Source: Paraspadella gotoi (Eukaryota > Animalia > Chaetognatha). From it: a stretch of 64,000 nucleotides of DNA. Shown here in pieces: positions 40,613-52,130 of this stretch. The translations under genes were made by a program, and so were the position numbers. The notes below the pieces were generated by a model, which ran no database searches, had not been told where the DNA came from, and saw only the letters and a list, made by a program, of their open reading frames with translations. The stretch spans positions 2,475,469-2,539,468 of the forward strand of contig CM119266.1 of assembly GCA_051294375.1 (NCBI GenBank). Direction: 5' to 3'. Position 1 is the stretch's first letter. Every line of letters starts with the position of its first letter.

Positions 40613-42838
40613 TCAATCGCAAATCCTATCTTGCTGATCGTAAATCGCCACCGAGTAAAAGCTACTCTGACGGTTTCCAATAGACTCCCGACAAAAGAGT
40701 CCGAAGCACTTCGTCAGCATTCGACGTTCCTTGGGGATGCTGAACATCCCTGTCACATTGCCGCCGCCTTCTGCTCTGCTATAGAATACTCTGGAGACGT
40801 TGATGATCGAGACCCAATTCTGGGAAACTCCTGTCCCGGATGTAAAGTTCGATATGAAGGCTCCAAAGGTCAGGGGAACCTTCTTCAGTTTCTTAGTCGT
40901 CCAAAAGCGAAACCCCGCAATTACCTAAATTACGGTGAAAGAATAACCTTCCGCTTTACGGTTTTAATTTGCAAATATATCTTGCCCCTGACTTTGGACA
41001 GGCTTTGGTGGTTTAAGGCCTCCATCACACTTACAAGATAATAACATAGCAGGTTTCTGCAAGCTTTCAATCAAGACTCTCTCACAGTCTTATTTATTCA
41101 CTCCCAGTGAACCTCGCTTCCCTATCAATGAAGTGGTATAATATTTCAAAGAATGTTTCAATTGTATGAAAAGACCACTACCTCTATAATTTTTTCTGTT
41201 AGTTTGAAAGGTTAAACGAAGCTTGTAGTCGGGCATTGCCGAGGTTCACCCCGCCTAGAAGCATGACTCTTTCAGTTGTGACCCGGTGGCTCATTGAGTA
41301 AAGCACTCAGCTCATGACCACTGGGTGCCGGGTTCAATCCCAAGCCGTCTTGGGGGCATGACAAACCCTCAAGCCATGTTCCAAGCCCAGGACCCGTTCC
41401 ATGGTTGCTAGAGGAGTTATAGAAGTTACGAACAATCATCTTCAGCCCACGTAGCGCCTTATCCTCAAGCTTTTTTTTATACGTATCTTACCTTGGACCT
41501 TTTTAAACACACATAGGCGAAGTCTCTGCCATTGACCATATTTCTAGCCCACTTGCTATCTTCGCATAAATTTGGTATTCGGCAGAGGGGGCTGCCGTCG
41601 GTGAAGTTGAATTGCCCCGTCAGTGCCCACTTGTCTAACCGAACGCGACCGTAAAATTCCGCCTCATCTTTCAACGATATGCGGGATCCTGTTTGGTCTT
41701 TAATAAAAAAAAAAATTAATTGACTTTTTTTATTTTTCCAAGAATGGTTTGCTAGCAAATCACTAAGCCAGTGTACTAAGGCACCGAGGGGACATGTGAG
41801 GGGTATGATGCATCTCGCAACGGCTGACGCTCAGGGTTTCAGACCTGCAGTGACCACTAAGGCGTAGTGAAAGTTACATATAAAAATTCTAAAATGTCAA
41901 TTATGAACAACATACTATCAGTAATATTAATTTATAAAAAAAATTATTTTATGTTCTTCAATTTTCGCAGTAGGCTATATTTATATATAGTACTATCCTT
42001 ATAAAATTGCAAAAATTCAACATTGGCTTTTCTTAATTTTGATTGCAGATTTGAATCCTCGTCAAAAGTTGATAAAAGAATATATAAGTCATTTTAAAAA
42101 TTCTTTCATTAAGTGGGTTAAAAATTTAAAAAACTATATTTGATATATAAAAAGTTAATTTTCAGCTTAAAATATAGCTTTTTCTAATTTTTGACCACTT
42201 AATGAAGAATTTTTTAAAAAAAGAGTTAAATTTCTTTTTATCAACTTTTTCTGACGAATCCAAATCTGCAAAAAAATCTTAGAAAAAACTGTTTTAAAAT
42301 TTTAATATTTATTGGATTAGTACTAGTATAAATATGGCCTACTGTGTAAATTGTAAAATTTATTATAAATTTTTTATTACATAAATGTTTATTAGTTTAA
42401 TGTTATTCGTTCCTCACTTTTAGAATTTTAATTAAAGTTAAATTTAGAAATTTTACTACGCCTTAGTGACCACCCCATGTCACTAGCGCGTTAATGCCGA
42501 CAGTATCATACTATAACCAAGCTATACGCCACAGTACTTTAAAAAATATTTTTTTCTGCTGAGCATAACCTCTCCGATTTTCACATTTTTTAATTTATAA
42601 TTAATTGGTAATTAATGCACACTCAAGGCAATCTTTGGAGGCCAAATGGTGATTTTCAACATTTTTATTTTTACTCACTAGCTTCACAACTCCGGCGAAT
42701 GACAACTATTTTCCCGCCAAATCTCTGAACGACAGCAGACGGACTCGTTGATGAAAATTGATATGTCGATGGAGATGACAATGACGACAAAATCAGCGTA
42801 AAACAAAACAAAAGGCGAGGATAAAAAAACAGCGCCAT
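40613..42838 (-). CDS. Secreted protein paralog 2 (222 aa), probable discoidin/F5-8C (galactose-binding-like) fold, 3 exons
   Basis: Exons are 42838-42679 (MALFFYPRLLFCFTLILSS...VVQRFGGKIVVIRRSCEA), 41688-41492 (SRISLKDEAEFYGRV...YVCLKRSK) and 40924-40613 (VIAGFRF...KKVPLTF...TKCFGLFCRESIG...RICD*). Introns are GT-AG in phases 1 and 0 with no stops. Homology and intron positions match 47451-49029. The fold assignment is inference. Confidence 0.88.
40975..41182 (-). repeat. Copy of the ~270-bp dispersed element in intron 2 of paralog 2
   Basis: Matches 39975-40180 with a few substitutions. Confidence 0.9.
41277..41420 (+). mobile_element. tRNA-derived SINE, family A
   Basis: A-box-like GGTGGCTCATTGAGTAAAGC, a CTCATGA anticodon-like loop, B-box-like GGGTTCAATCCC, then a non-tRNA tail shared with the 34300-34455 and 44760-44890 copies. 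Confidence 0.7.
41858..42465. mobile_element. Palindromic MITE with 8-bp TSD (hAT-like)
   Basis: TIRs are TAAGGCGTAGT...ACTACGCCTTA. The flanking direct repeat GTGACCAC lies at 41850-41857 and 42466-42473. The interior is self-complementary. It sits in intron 1 of paralog 2. Confidence 0.85.
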
Positions 42839-42956
42839 CCTTTGGGAGAGCTAAAATCTTTTTTTGAAACGCAATTATTTCACCACCAACAGTTCGGAGG
42901 AATATCGGCAGATCCCGATCGATTCCTCGGCTAAAATCTCGGCAGAGAGTGCCGAT

Positions 42957-43318
42957 TTTTTAGTTGCGCCACGAGTACTCGCAGAGCAACTCTATAAGTC
43001 ACTCTTCGGTCTGTCGGTCGGTCGGTCCGTCGGTATATCTGTCGGTCGGTCTGTCCCACTTACGATTAAAATATATATAATTTGCCTATAGTTGGTTGCT
43101 TTTTTGTTAAGACAGAAAAACCTCAAATCTAAGGGATTCAAGAGCCGCCTTAAGGAAAAGACGGAATTTTGATGCAGTGTATGTCATAAATACATGGGCT
43201 AAGAAAGTTATTGTAGTCATGTTATGTCATGTCATATCACGTAATATCATGTTATGAGAAATACATGTGATAAGGCAGTCACTGCGGCGCAACACATTTG
43301 AATTGCCTTTCTTGTTCT
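42957..43318 (+). mobile_element. Helentron/HINE-like element, family 1
   Basis: TTTTTAGTTGCGCCACGAGTACTCGC...(GTCG)n...GGCAGTCACTGCGGCGCAAC...CTTGTT. Confidence 0.7.
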
Positions 43319-44759
43319 ATTTCGTTGAGCTCCGGCGAATAACTTAGAAGAGAAGGATAACGATATGATTTTGAAACATGAGCAATAGAGTGGAGCTCTT
43401 GAGAAAAAAAATTTGATTTGAGTCAATTAACAATAATAATTTTATGCGAGTACAAAAAGTATTTGGTTCATATTGTGTCGGGAACAGAAAAGCAAAATAC
43501 AATATATTTATAGAATTATCCTTATAAAATAAGAAATTTTCCAAAAAAAATTTTTTAAAATTTTTATCAAAGATTCAGATTTCTCATAAAAAGTTAGACC
43601 AAAAATATAAAACATGTTATCACAAATTTTTATGTCTACAATATCAAAGTTAAAAAAAAATGTTAAAATTCTCAACTTTTTAACTCTCTGTAGTAGAAAA
43701 TATTATTTGAAAAACCGATATTAAGGATAAGGATATTACTACAAAAAAAATCTCATTTGCTCTACTGTTAGGCTAAAAAAATTTTTTAAAAGGCATGATT
43801 TTTTGGAGTTATACATACGGAATCAGCAAAAAAATATTGTTAACTCGCTTAATATTTTCATCACTTAACCCTAATGAGCAACCCAAAACTTTCATACAGG
43901 ATGCAACGAGATATATACACTTAGCACTTTGAGATAGTATGAACCGTTTTGGTGGAAAGAAAAAACGTTTTGCCAATTCTATAAGAAAAACTCAAACTTG
44001 CTGAAATTCGTAGGAAAACAGTTTTGTTTAATCTGACTTTTTTCATTGAATCTGTCATCTCTCTTTAAACTTTTTTAAAATTCTATGATTGATAATTTGA
44101 CAATTATTTAAAATTTGTAATTTGCTACTCACACTGCATCCCTGTATTTACCAGAGTATGTTTTCATCGTCCACTTAAAGCGTCTAATGCAAGCATCCAA
44201 CAGATGGAAAATGAAACCCGAAAGAGGAAAGGATTAAGGAAGAGGATTCCGGAAGAGGAAGAAGATTCTGGAATGATTTCGAACGTGGATTTTGGAAGCC
44301 AAATCCAGTAAGGAACAATAGTTTCCGGAAGAGGAAAAAGAAGGTTCCAGAAGAGGAAGAGGAGGATTCCGAAGAAGGAATCTGGCTTCGTCTACTTCCC
44401 ATTATAAATAGCCTCTGTTTCTGGCTTTGATTCCTCTGTCCTAAATCTGACACCGTGCTTGCGCTTGTTCTTAGTGAAATAAATATCCACTTTGGTTTCA
44501 TGTTGAAATCCCTGTCTACTTCTTAAATGTGGTACAGAGTGGATTCGACAACCACGACTCCAACAGGAAGAGTAAAAACCTTACCACCAAGACCACGCCA
44601 CTCAAGAAAATGGACTTCGCCATCAGAAGAAAGACGGAAATATCGATCGCATGAGAAGTTTCAGATGATGAAATGAATATACGAACTCGTCGCGTAGATA
44701 TATCCGGTTATCATTTCCTCGTGGACTTATTTGTAATAGCGTTAATATGGATAAGAGGC

Positions 44760-44890
44760 GAAGTGGCAGCAATGGAACGGCTTCGAAACCAGCTTGGGGT
44801 TTTCCAACCCCAACGCCGGGTAAGCGCCATCGATCCCGATATCTGAGGGTCATGAGCTGATGGCTTTACTCATGAGACACCGGGTCACGA
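44760..44890 (-). mobile_element. tRNA-derived SINE, family A
   Basis: The reverse complement GTGACCCGGTGTCTCATGAGTAAAGCCATCAGCTCATGACCC... matches the 41277 copy. Confidence 0.65.
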
Positions 44891-45473
44891 CTGCGGGTGT
44901 ATGATTATAAGCTGCTATTCCGAAACAATAATAACAAAACAGACTAAATCGGAGTGATTAACAATTGAACAGTCGACACTTTTTGCGGTCTCATCGAAAT
45001 ATAGAAAGGATAGCACGGAATCACATTCAAACAATTTTCTATAACTATTTGTTTTTTATTTCAAGGTTTTCATCTGAAAGAGCTAAAACTAACAAAAACG
45101 TCATGTCAGTAAACGGTTTTGTAATCGACTTTTGTACTGCGAAAAAAGGAGACATGAAAATGAAATTCATTAAAAAAAAATGTGACCAAATATATAATTA
45201 GATGAGAACTTGAAACTTATAGACGTTGAGTTAAAAAAAAATTATTTACTGAAAAAAAAATTGAAAAAAAATAATTATGAGACTGATGAACAATTACGAA
45301 ATGTAGAGGATAAAAAAATTAAGAGAATCAAAAACAGATACTGATATAAAAAATTGTGATGAATGAATGTGAATTGAAATGATGTTTGAATGAACAAAAA
45401 CTGACGCCGCTTAATCGTTCATCTTCAAAGTTTCTGAATCGGAAAAAAAAAGGGGGAAAAAATTGTTGACGCT

Positions 45474-46640
45474 TTATCTTTGGCAACAACAACGACAACA
45501 AACAAAGTCAAAACAACAACGACAACAAATTATTCTACTCTTTCTCTCACCTCCCTCTCCTTTTCCTCTTCCTTCTTTCTCCTTCTTCTCCTTCTTCTCC
45601 TTCCTCCCCTTCTTCTCCTTCTTCTCCTTCTTCTCCTTCCTCCCCTTCTTCCCAAGCGTGATCATCCCCATGTCGACGGCCGACTCGGCGTCCAACTCCG
45701 ACTTCGGTTCATGAACGACGACAGGAGCGAAGGCGACGGCGCAGCACTCCGCCTCCAGCCGCAGCGTGTAGTTGCCAGGCAGCAGCAGGCGCCAGAATTC
45801 TCCCCATTTCGTCGTCCGCGAGACGACGTCCTCTCGGCCGACGACGACGACGGAGGCGTTGACGATCGTCACTCCTTTCCAATTTATGGTCACACCTTTG
45901 ACGCCGATGAGACCCTAAATATCTACCACTATTTAGGTAAGTCGGTATTGGGCAGAGACAGACAGACTGACACGGGACTCGTAGTGTTCCATCCGCAGTC
46001 CTAATGACTTCCCTCTGCGTTGGCAAAGCGAGACCGTCCTAGGGTAACCGCGCCAGTGACTGGAGGCGTCACTGAGGGTCGGAAGCCCCCAAAGCCAACA
46101 GTGAGATTCCCCATCCCAATGGGCATCACAGGCAACCCGGCTGTTGCCATAGTGTTACCTTTACGATGTTAGTTTTTATGTTATATTTTTATCAGTGTAG
46201 TTTTTATTTGTTTACTGTCTTCCAGTCTTTTTTTCTGTTATTGATCTTTTACTAGTTTTGTTTTCAATTATGTTAATATCGTTTTTGTTATTAATAAAAA
46301 TATAAAATTTCAAGAGATTAAAAAGAAAAATATAGTTTTATTAGATACAAAACTCCACGAAAAATGAAAAATTTATCCATGCGTTTTTCCTTTCATGATT
46401 ATTATACATTTACACAATCTTCACCCCGGTGAATGAAACCGACCTCACGCTCCGACCGATGGAATAGAGATAAGCCTGATCAGGATACTTCTCCACCAAA
46501 CGAGTCATCGTCTCCATCAAATCCGAGTTGGAAAAGTAGACGTTCTTTCCCGGCGTCACGGTCTCCTCTCCGGCGCCATCCGTCCACGGCGTCAAAATGG
46601 CGCCCAAAAATAAATAAATAGCCGGCGTCGCCGACAGCAT
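45474..46640 (-). CDS. M14 N/E-subfamily carboxypeptidase-like gene (CPD/CPM/CPN-like); only the first exon and the transthyretin-like domain exon are present
   Basis: Exon 46640 to about 46444 encodes a signal peptide plus YFSNSDLMETMTRLVEKYPDQAYLYSIGRSV, the M14 N-terminal motif. Exon 45914-45474 encodes GVKGV...IVNASVVVVG...TTKWGEFWRLLLPGNYTL, the C-terminal beta-sandwich motif. No catalytic HxxE exon lies between them. Confidence 0.8.
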
Positions 46641-47450
46641 TTTTGAACGGGGGGGGGACAACCCGAGAGAGGAACTTCGGGCCGGAATATCCGACTAAGA
46701 TCTTATAGTATGAGCTTCCATTTAATTATTTAATTCAAGCCTAAACTTCGTTAAATATTATCGCCTAAAAAGACGATTTAATATTCGATTCTTTTCCGTC
46801 GTTGCTTTTTTTAAATCCAAAGCGAAAGCGTTGGGTTTAATTTTATTTTTTTAAACAATGGAGATTAAAAAAAACAAACTTTCTGATTTTTAAAATCAGA
46901 AAAGTCAAATCTGTCAACTCGCTAAAGTTTAATCGTAGCAGAATGTAAGTTTTGACAAATAATATTTTTTTGTCAAAATGTATAAGTTACATGAAAAAAA
47001 ATGTATTTGAAAAAAATAAATAAAGATTTAAAAATAAAGAAAATTTCTTCATTCCTGGGATTATGAGCCATAGCTGCCCTTTCGATATCCTCCTATTATT
47101 CCTATTACTCCAGTGGAAATATAAACAAAAAATGAACGAACCAACGGAAGGAATAAAAATGGAGCAATGAAGCGAACAATTTTCATAACGTCACTAAGTG
47201 TAGATAAAAGGAAGAATTATTCACTGCTTTACTGAGAAGCTCGAAAATGATCTTTATCTTCCTTAACACTTTGCTAATATAAAAACAAAATTAAATATTA
47301 TTAAATTGTATAATTATAATTATAGTATTATCAGTTTTATTATTATTATTACTTTGTCTCGCTCCACGACCAATCAGTTTCCTGCGATCTTATTTTCTAG
47401 CAACACTTCCATTCCTTATTGCGTTTTGCCATTTGCCATTTGCCATTTGC

Positions 47451-49029
47451 TCAACCACAAATCCGCCCTGGCCTTTCATCTCCCTCATAAATCTTCAATC
47501 TGGAGAAATTACAAGCTTTCTTCCCAGTCGACTCTCGGCACACGAGCCCCAAGCACTTCGTCGGCTTCCGGAGATAGACGGGGATCCTGAAAAATTCTGA
47601 GGAGTTGCCGTTGATGGGGCTGTAGTGAAGACTGGAGACTTTGACGACGCGGACCCAACTCTGAAGAAAATTGGACCCTTGAGTCAAGTTGGACAGGAAG
47701 ACTTCAAAGGCGAGAGGAACTTTCTTTGAACTTTGCGGCTTCGTGAGGCGAAACCCGACGATCGTCTGGAGGTCGGGGAAGGGGATTCGGAGAGGGCCCC
47801 GAATACGAATGGCCGAAAGGGGGTTTGGGATTGTGTGAGGGTCTTGTCAAACTGTTACGTCAAATGACAGGTTTATAAATTATAACTACGAGCTATGTCT
47901 TATATATGGAAGACGATTCGGCGTGCGGATCTGATAGTATGCCGCCATTTTAGGCGTACAAAATTTGATAAAGAAATATATGAAATATTATTTCGTTCCT
48001 TTTTACCTTCGGCCTTTTGAAACAGGCAAAGCAGATGTCTTTGTGGGGGACCACATTTCGGATGCAGGTGTTTTGGAAGCATTCTTTTCTAAACGGGCAA
48101 TCGCTATTGTCGATTTTGCCCACCGACTCGTTAAAAGGGACGTGACCGAAAAAGTCAGCTTCTTTTTTCAGCGCAATCTGGAGTCCTATTCCTTTATTTT
48201 AGGAGTTGGCGGAAAGAGGGAGAATGATGATAATGATCATCTTATAGAGAGTGATAGATTTAAGTATTAATATCTACTAAGTAAACAACTTTTCAGGATC
48301 TCAAAAGTAATTGATCCCATGACAAAAGAGTATGCCCTTGCCCAAGGCAACATAAGCTTTTTCACTAGAATTAGAGAAAACAAAGTTTTTTTTGTTGTTA
48401 CAAACCACGATTTTTTGTATTAGACATAGAAACAGGACATGTTTCGGCTTCGGTTCAAAGATTTAAAATTAAATTTGTATGGTGGACTAAAATCCACCAA
48501 CCGTTCATCAGCGGCCATTGGTGCCGGAGGCAAGTCATTCGCCTCCCAACCCAAAGGTCCGGGGTTCTAGCCCGGTGGCCGCCTAGCAGTTAAGGGGGAC
48601 GGGGCGCTTAACCCGCCTGTAACTCGGTGTTACAGCCTGATCCGAAGCTCAGGGACTGCATATATTGAACGGTTCTGTCATTAACACTTATCAATAATTA
48701 CTGTCTCTTCATTTGCATTCTTTCGATGATACGTTGTAAAAATTATGAATAAGTGATTAATTCTGTCAATTTCGTGCGCTTCGTCAAATTGTGCTTGAAT
48801 GCAATTGTGGCCTTTACTCACCCGCTTCGCATGTCCTTCTAACGACCACGAGTTTCCCGCCGAATCTTTCTACAACACCAGACGGACGAGTTGATGGAGA
48901 AGATGAAGATGCTGATGTAGTTTTTAACGATACAGACTCCTTCGACAGCGACGACGACTTGGCAGCGAAAATAAACGTTGAAATAAGCAAAAGGAGATAA
49001 CAGACCGACAGACGGACGGACAGCGCCAT
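47451..49029 (-). CDS. Secreted protein paralog 1 (233 aa), probable discoidin/F5-8C (galactose-binding-like) fold, 3 exons
   Basis: Exons are 49029-48822 (MALSVRLSVCYLLLLISTFIFAA...VVERFGGKLVVVRRTCEA), 48185-48007 (LQIALKKEADFFGHV...FACFKRPK) and 47765-47451 (TIVGFRL...KKVPLAF...TKCLGLVCRESTG...RICG*). Introns are GT-AG in phases 1 and 0 with no stops. Confidence 0.88.
48480..48715 (+). mobile_element. tRNA-derived SINE, family B (intron 1 of paralog 1)
   Basis: tRNA-like head GCGGCCATTGGTGCCGGAGGCAAG...GGTTCTAGCCCGGTGGCCGC with complementary ends, plus a body shared with 22905-23150. Confidence 0.7.
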
Positions 49030-50082
49030 TCTCTGCAGGGTGAAATCTCGGCAAAAAACCTCTACGATTCTCGACAAAGACTGACGGATTCCGGCAAAGC
49101 CAAAGTCTCTATGATAGGGATTAGCAGTATTCGACAAAATTTCTATTTTTCTATCGGCCGAAAAATAATAGGGAATTTGATTAGGTTAGGAAAGTAGAGT
49201 TAAACCGGAGGCGGAAATATCGACCCCTGAAAGGTAAACTAAAGTTTCTCCAATGATAAAATAAACACGTAGTTTGTTTTCTTTATATCCTTATATCATT
49301 TCCTCTTCGTCTCGTCGCTATAAAGACAATAACAATAATAATAATAACAATAATAATAACAATAATAATAATGACAAAAATCTGTCTTTTACTGAATTTT
49401 TCTTTGTATTTTGACTTTCTTTTTTGCTATTTAAAATAGTTTAGAGATGAAAGGAAAAATTCGTTGTAATAGCAATTTTTATTTTTATTATTGTACATGT
49501 TTCGACTCTTAGTGTTACGAGTCTTTTTCTTCAAATATATTAAGTTGACAATGCTAACTGTTTGTTCGTCAGGCATACTGTTACACTACATAGGGTTTTT
49601 TTTTTTAATTTCAAATAACGAGTTGAACTTGTTAAGGAATACCGTCGCATTGAAAAGGGAAGATTTAGAATGTTTATTTGATAATATTTTAACAATTATT
49701 TTGCAAAATATTTTTTGTCATCTTCAAATGTAAGTCTCTAACGAGGAGACAGTTTTCCCATTAAAAGCGAGAGCGTCTCAGTTTTAAGAAGAGGAATGAA
49801 AAGTTGAAAGCTAATGGTCGAAATTCTATATCAGAAATGATTAGAGAGCTACTTGATGCGGTGACATTACATAATATAATTGATGAAGCAAATGTGGCTT
49901 TATTTATACTGTTTTTAAAACATATGCAATTAGCGAATTTGTCGACCTATTTCCGAAAAAAGTCTAAAAGAGATGCGTCGATGCATCGAAAAATAACGGA
50001 AGCAGAAATGGAACTCGAAATGGATCGTTTATGAACTGGATGTGGCTGTCAAAGAGAGAGATGGAGATTGGCGGCGTTTTGA

Positions 50083-50115
<33 letters not shown>

Positions 50116-50132
50116 GAGAGAAGAGGAGAGAC

Positions 50133-50166
<34 letters not shown>

Positions 50167-50351
50167 TGATGTCTCGTTAGTTCTATTGGTTTCGACGTTT
50201 CCCTTTCAAGAGAAAAAGATTTGAAATATTTGCGGCAAAAAGTTTAATTTGAATTCTTAATTTGATCAGCGCGCATCTCAACAGACATCGGATACAAAAT
50301 AACAAATAACAATAACAATAACAATAACAAATAACAAATAAATTACAAAAT

Positions 50352-52130
50352 AAACGAGACTGTGAAAGAGTCTTGATTGAAAGCTTGCAGGGACCTGCTA
50401 TGTCATTATCTTGTAAGAGTGATGGAGGCCTTAAACCACCAAAGCTGTCCAAAGTCAGGGGCAAGATAGCTTATTTATTAAATGAATGGATAATTTTTAT
50501 ATTGGTTGTACCAATTTCATAAAATTCAGCTCCTTGTATTTTGATGCTCGTGCGGAGTACAATAAGTATTCCCGATCTAATACTTAAGGGAGTGGTCTTT
50601 TCATACAATTTAAACATTCTTTGAAATATTTTCCACTTCATTGATAGGGAAGCCAGGTACTCTGGGAGTGAATAAACGAGACTGTGAAAGAGTCTTGATT
50701 GAAAGCTTGCAGGGACCTGCTATGTCATTATCTTGTAAGAGTGATGGAGGCCTTAAACCACCAAAGCCTGTCTAAAGTCAGGGGCAAGATAGCTTATTTA
50801 TTAAATGAATGGATAATTTTTATATTGGTTGTACCAATTTCATAAAATTCAGCTCCTTGTATTTTGATGCTCGTGCGGAGTACAATAATATTCCCCGATC
50901 TAATACTTAAGGGAGTGGTCTTTTCATACAATTTAAACATTCTTTGAAATATTTTCCACTTCATTGATAGGGAAGCCAGGTACTCTGGGAGTGAATAAAC
51001 GAGACTGTGAAAGAGTCTTGATTGAAAGCTTGCAGGGACCTGCTATGTCATTATCTTGTAAGAGTGATGGAGGCCTTAAACCACCAAAGCCTGTCTAAAG
51101 TCAGGGGCAAGATAGCTTATTTATTAAATGAATGGATAATTTTATAATGGTTGTACCAATTTCATAAAATTCAGCTCCTTGTATTTTGATGCTCGTGCGG
51201 AGTACAATAAGTATTCCCCGATCTAATACTTAAGGGATGGTCTTTTCATACAATTTAAACATTCTTTGAAATATTTTCCACTTCATTGATAGGGAAGCCA
51301 GGTACTCTGGGAGTGAATAAACGAGACTGTGAAAGAGTCCTGATTGAAAGCTTGCAGGGACCTGCTATGTCATTATCTTGTAAGAGTGATGGAGGCCTTA
51401 AACCACCAAAGCCTGTTCCAAAGTCAGGGGCAAGATAGCTTATTTATTAAATGAATGGATAATTTTTATATTGGTTGTACCAATTTCATAAATTCAGCTC
51501 CTTGTATTTTTGATGCTCGTGCGGAGTACAATAAGTATTCCCCGATCTAATACTTAAGGGAGTGGTCTTTTCATACAATTTAAACATTCTTTGAAATATT
51601 TTCCACTTCATTGATAGGAAGCCAGGTACTCTGGGAGTGAATAAACGAGACTGTGAAAGAGTCTTGATTGAAAGCTTGCAGGGACCTGCTATGTCATTAT
51701 CTTGTAAGAGTGATGGAGCCTTAAACCACCAAAAGCCTGTCCAAAGTCAGGGGCAAGATAGCTTATTTATTAAATGAATGGATAATTTTTATATTGGTTG
51801 TACCAATTTCATAAAATTCAGCTCCTTGTATTTTGATGCTCGTGCGGAGTACAATAAGTATTCCCCGATCTAATACTTAAGGGAGTGGTCTTTCATACAA
51901 TTTAAACATTCTTGAAATATTTTCCACTTCATTGATAGGGAAGCCAGGTACTCTGGGAGTGAATAACGAGACTGTGAAAGAGTCTTGATTGAAAGCTTGC
52001 AGGGACCTGCTATGTCATTATCTTGTAAGAGTGATGGAGGCCTTAAACCACCAAAGCCTGTCCAAAGTCAGGGGCAAATAGCTTATTTATAAATGAATGG
52101 ATAATTTTTATATTGGTTGTACCAATTTCA
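50352..52130 (+). repeat. ~322-bp tandem array (about 5.5 units) of the dispersed ~270-bp element plus a spacer
   Basis: AACGAGACTGTG recurs at about 50354, 50675, 50998, 51320, 51644 and 51965. The units are nearly identical. Confidence 0.97.

Noticed and set aside
41277-41350. Functional tRNA-Met gene
   Set aside because: The cloverleaf pairs poorly, there is no T-run terminator, and the downstream tail is shared with other dispersed copies, so it is a SINE head.
44184-44501. Glu/Arg-rich segment with TTCCGGAAGAGGAA repeats as a gene
   Set aside because: The frames are short and interrupted by stops, with no homology or splice partners recognised.
50352-52130. Retrozyme (hammerhead-containing tandem repeat)
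   Set aside because: The unit size fits, but I found no CTGANGA...GAAA core on either strand. Other ribozyme classes were not excluded.
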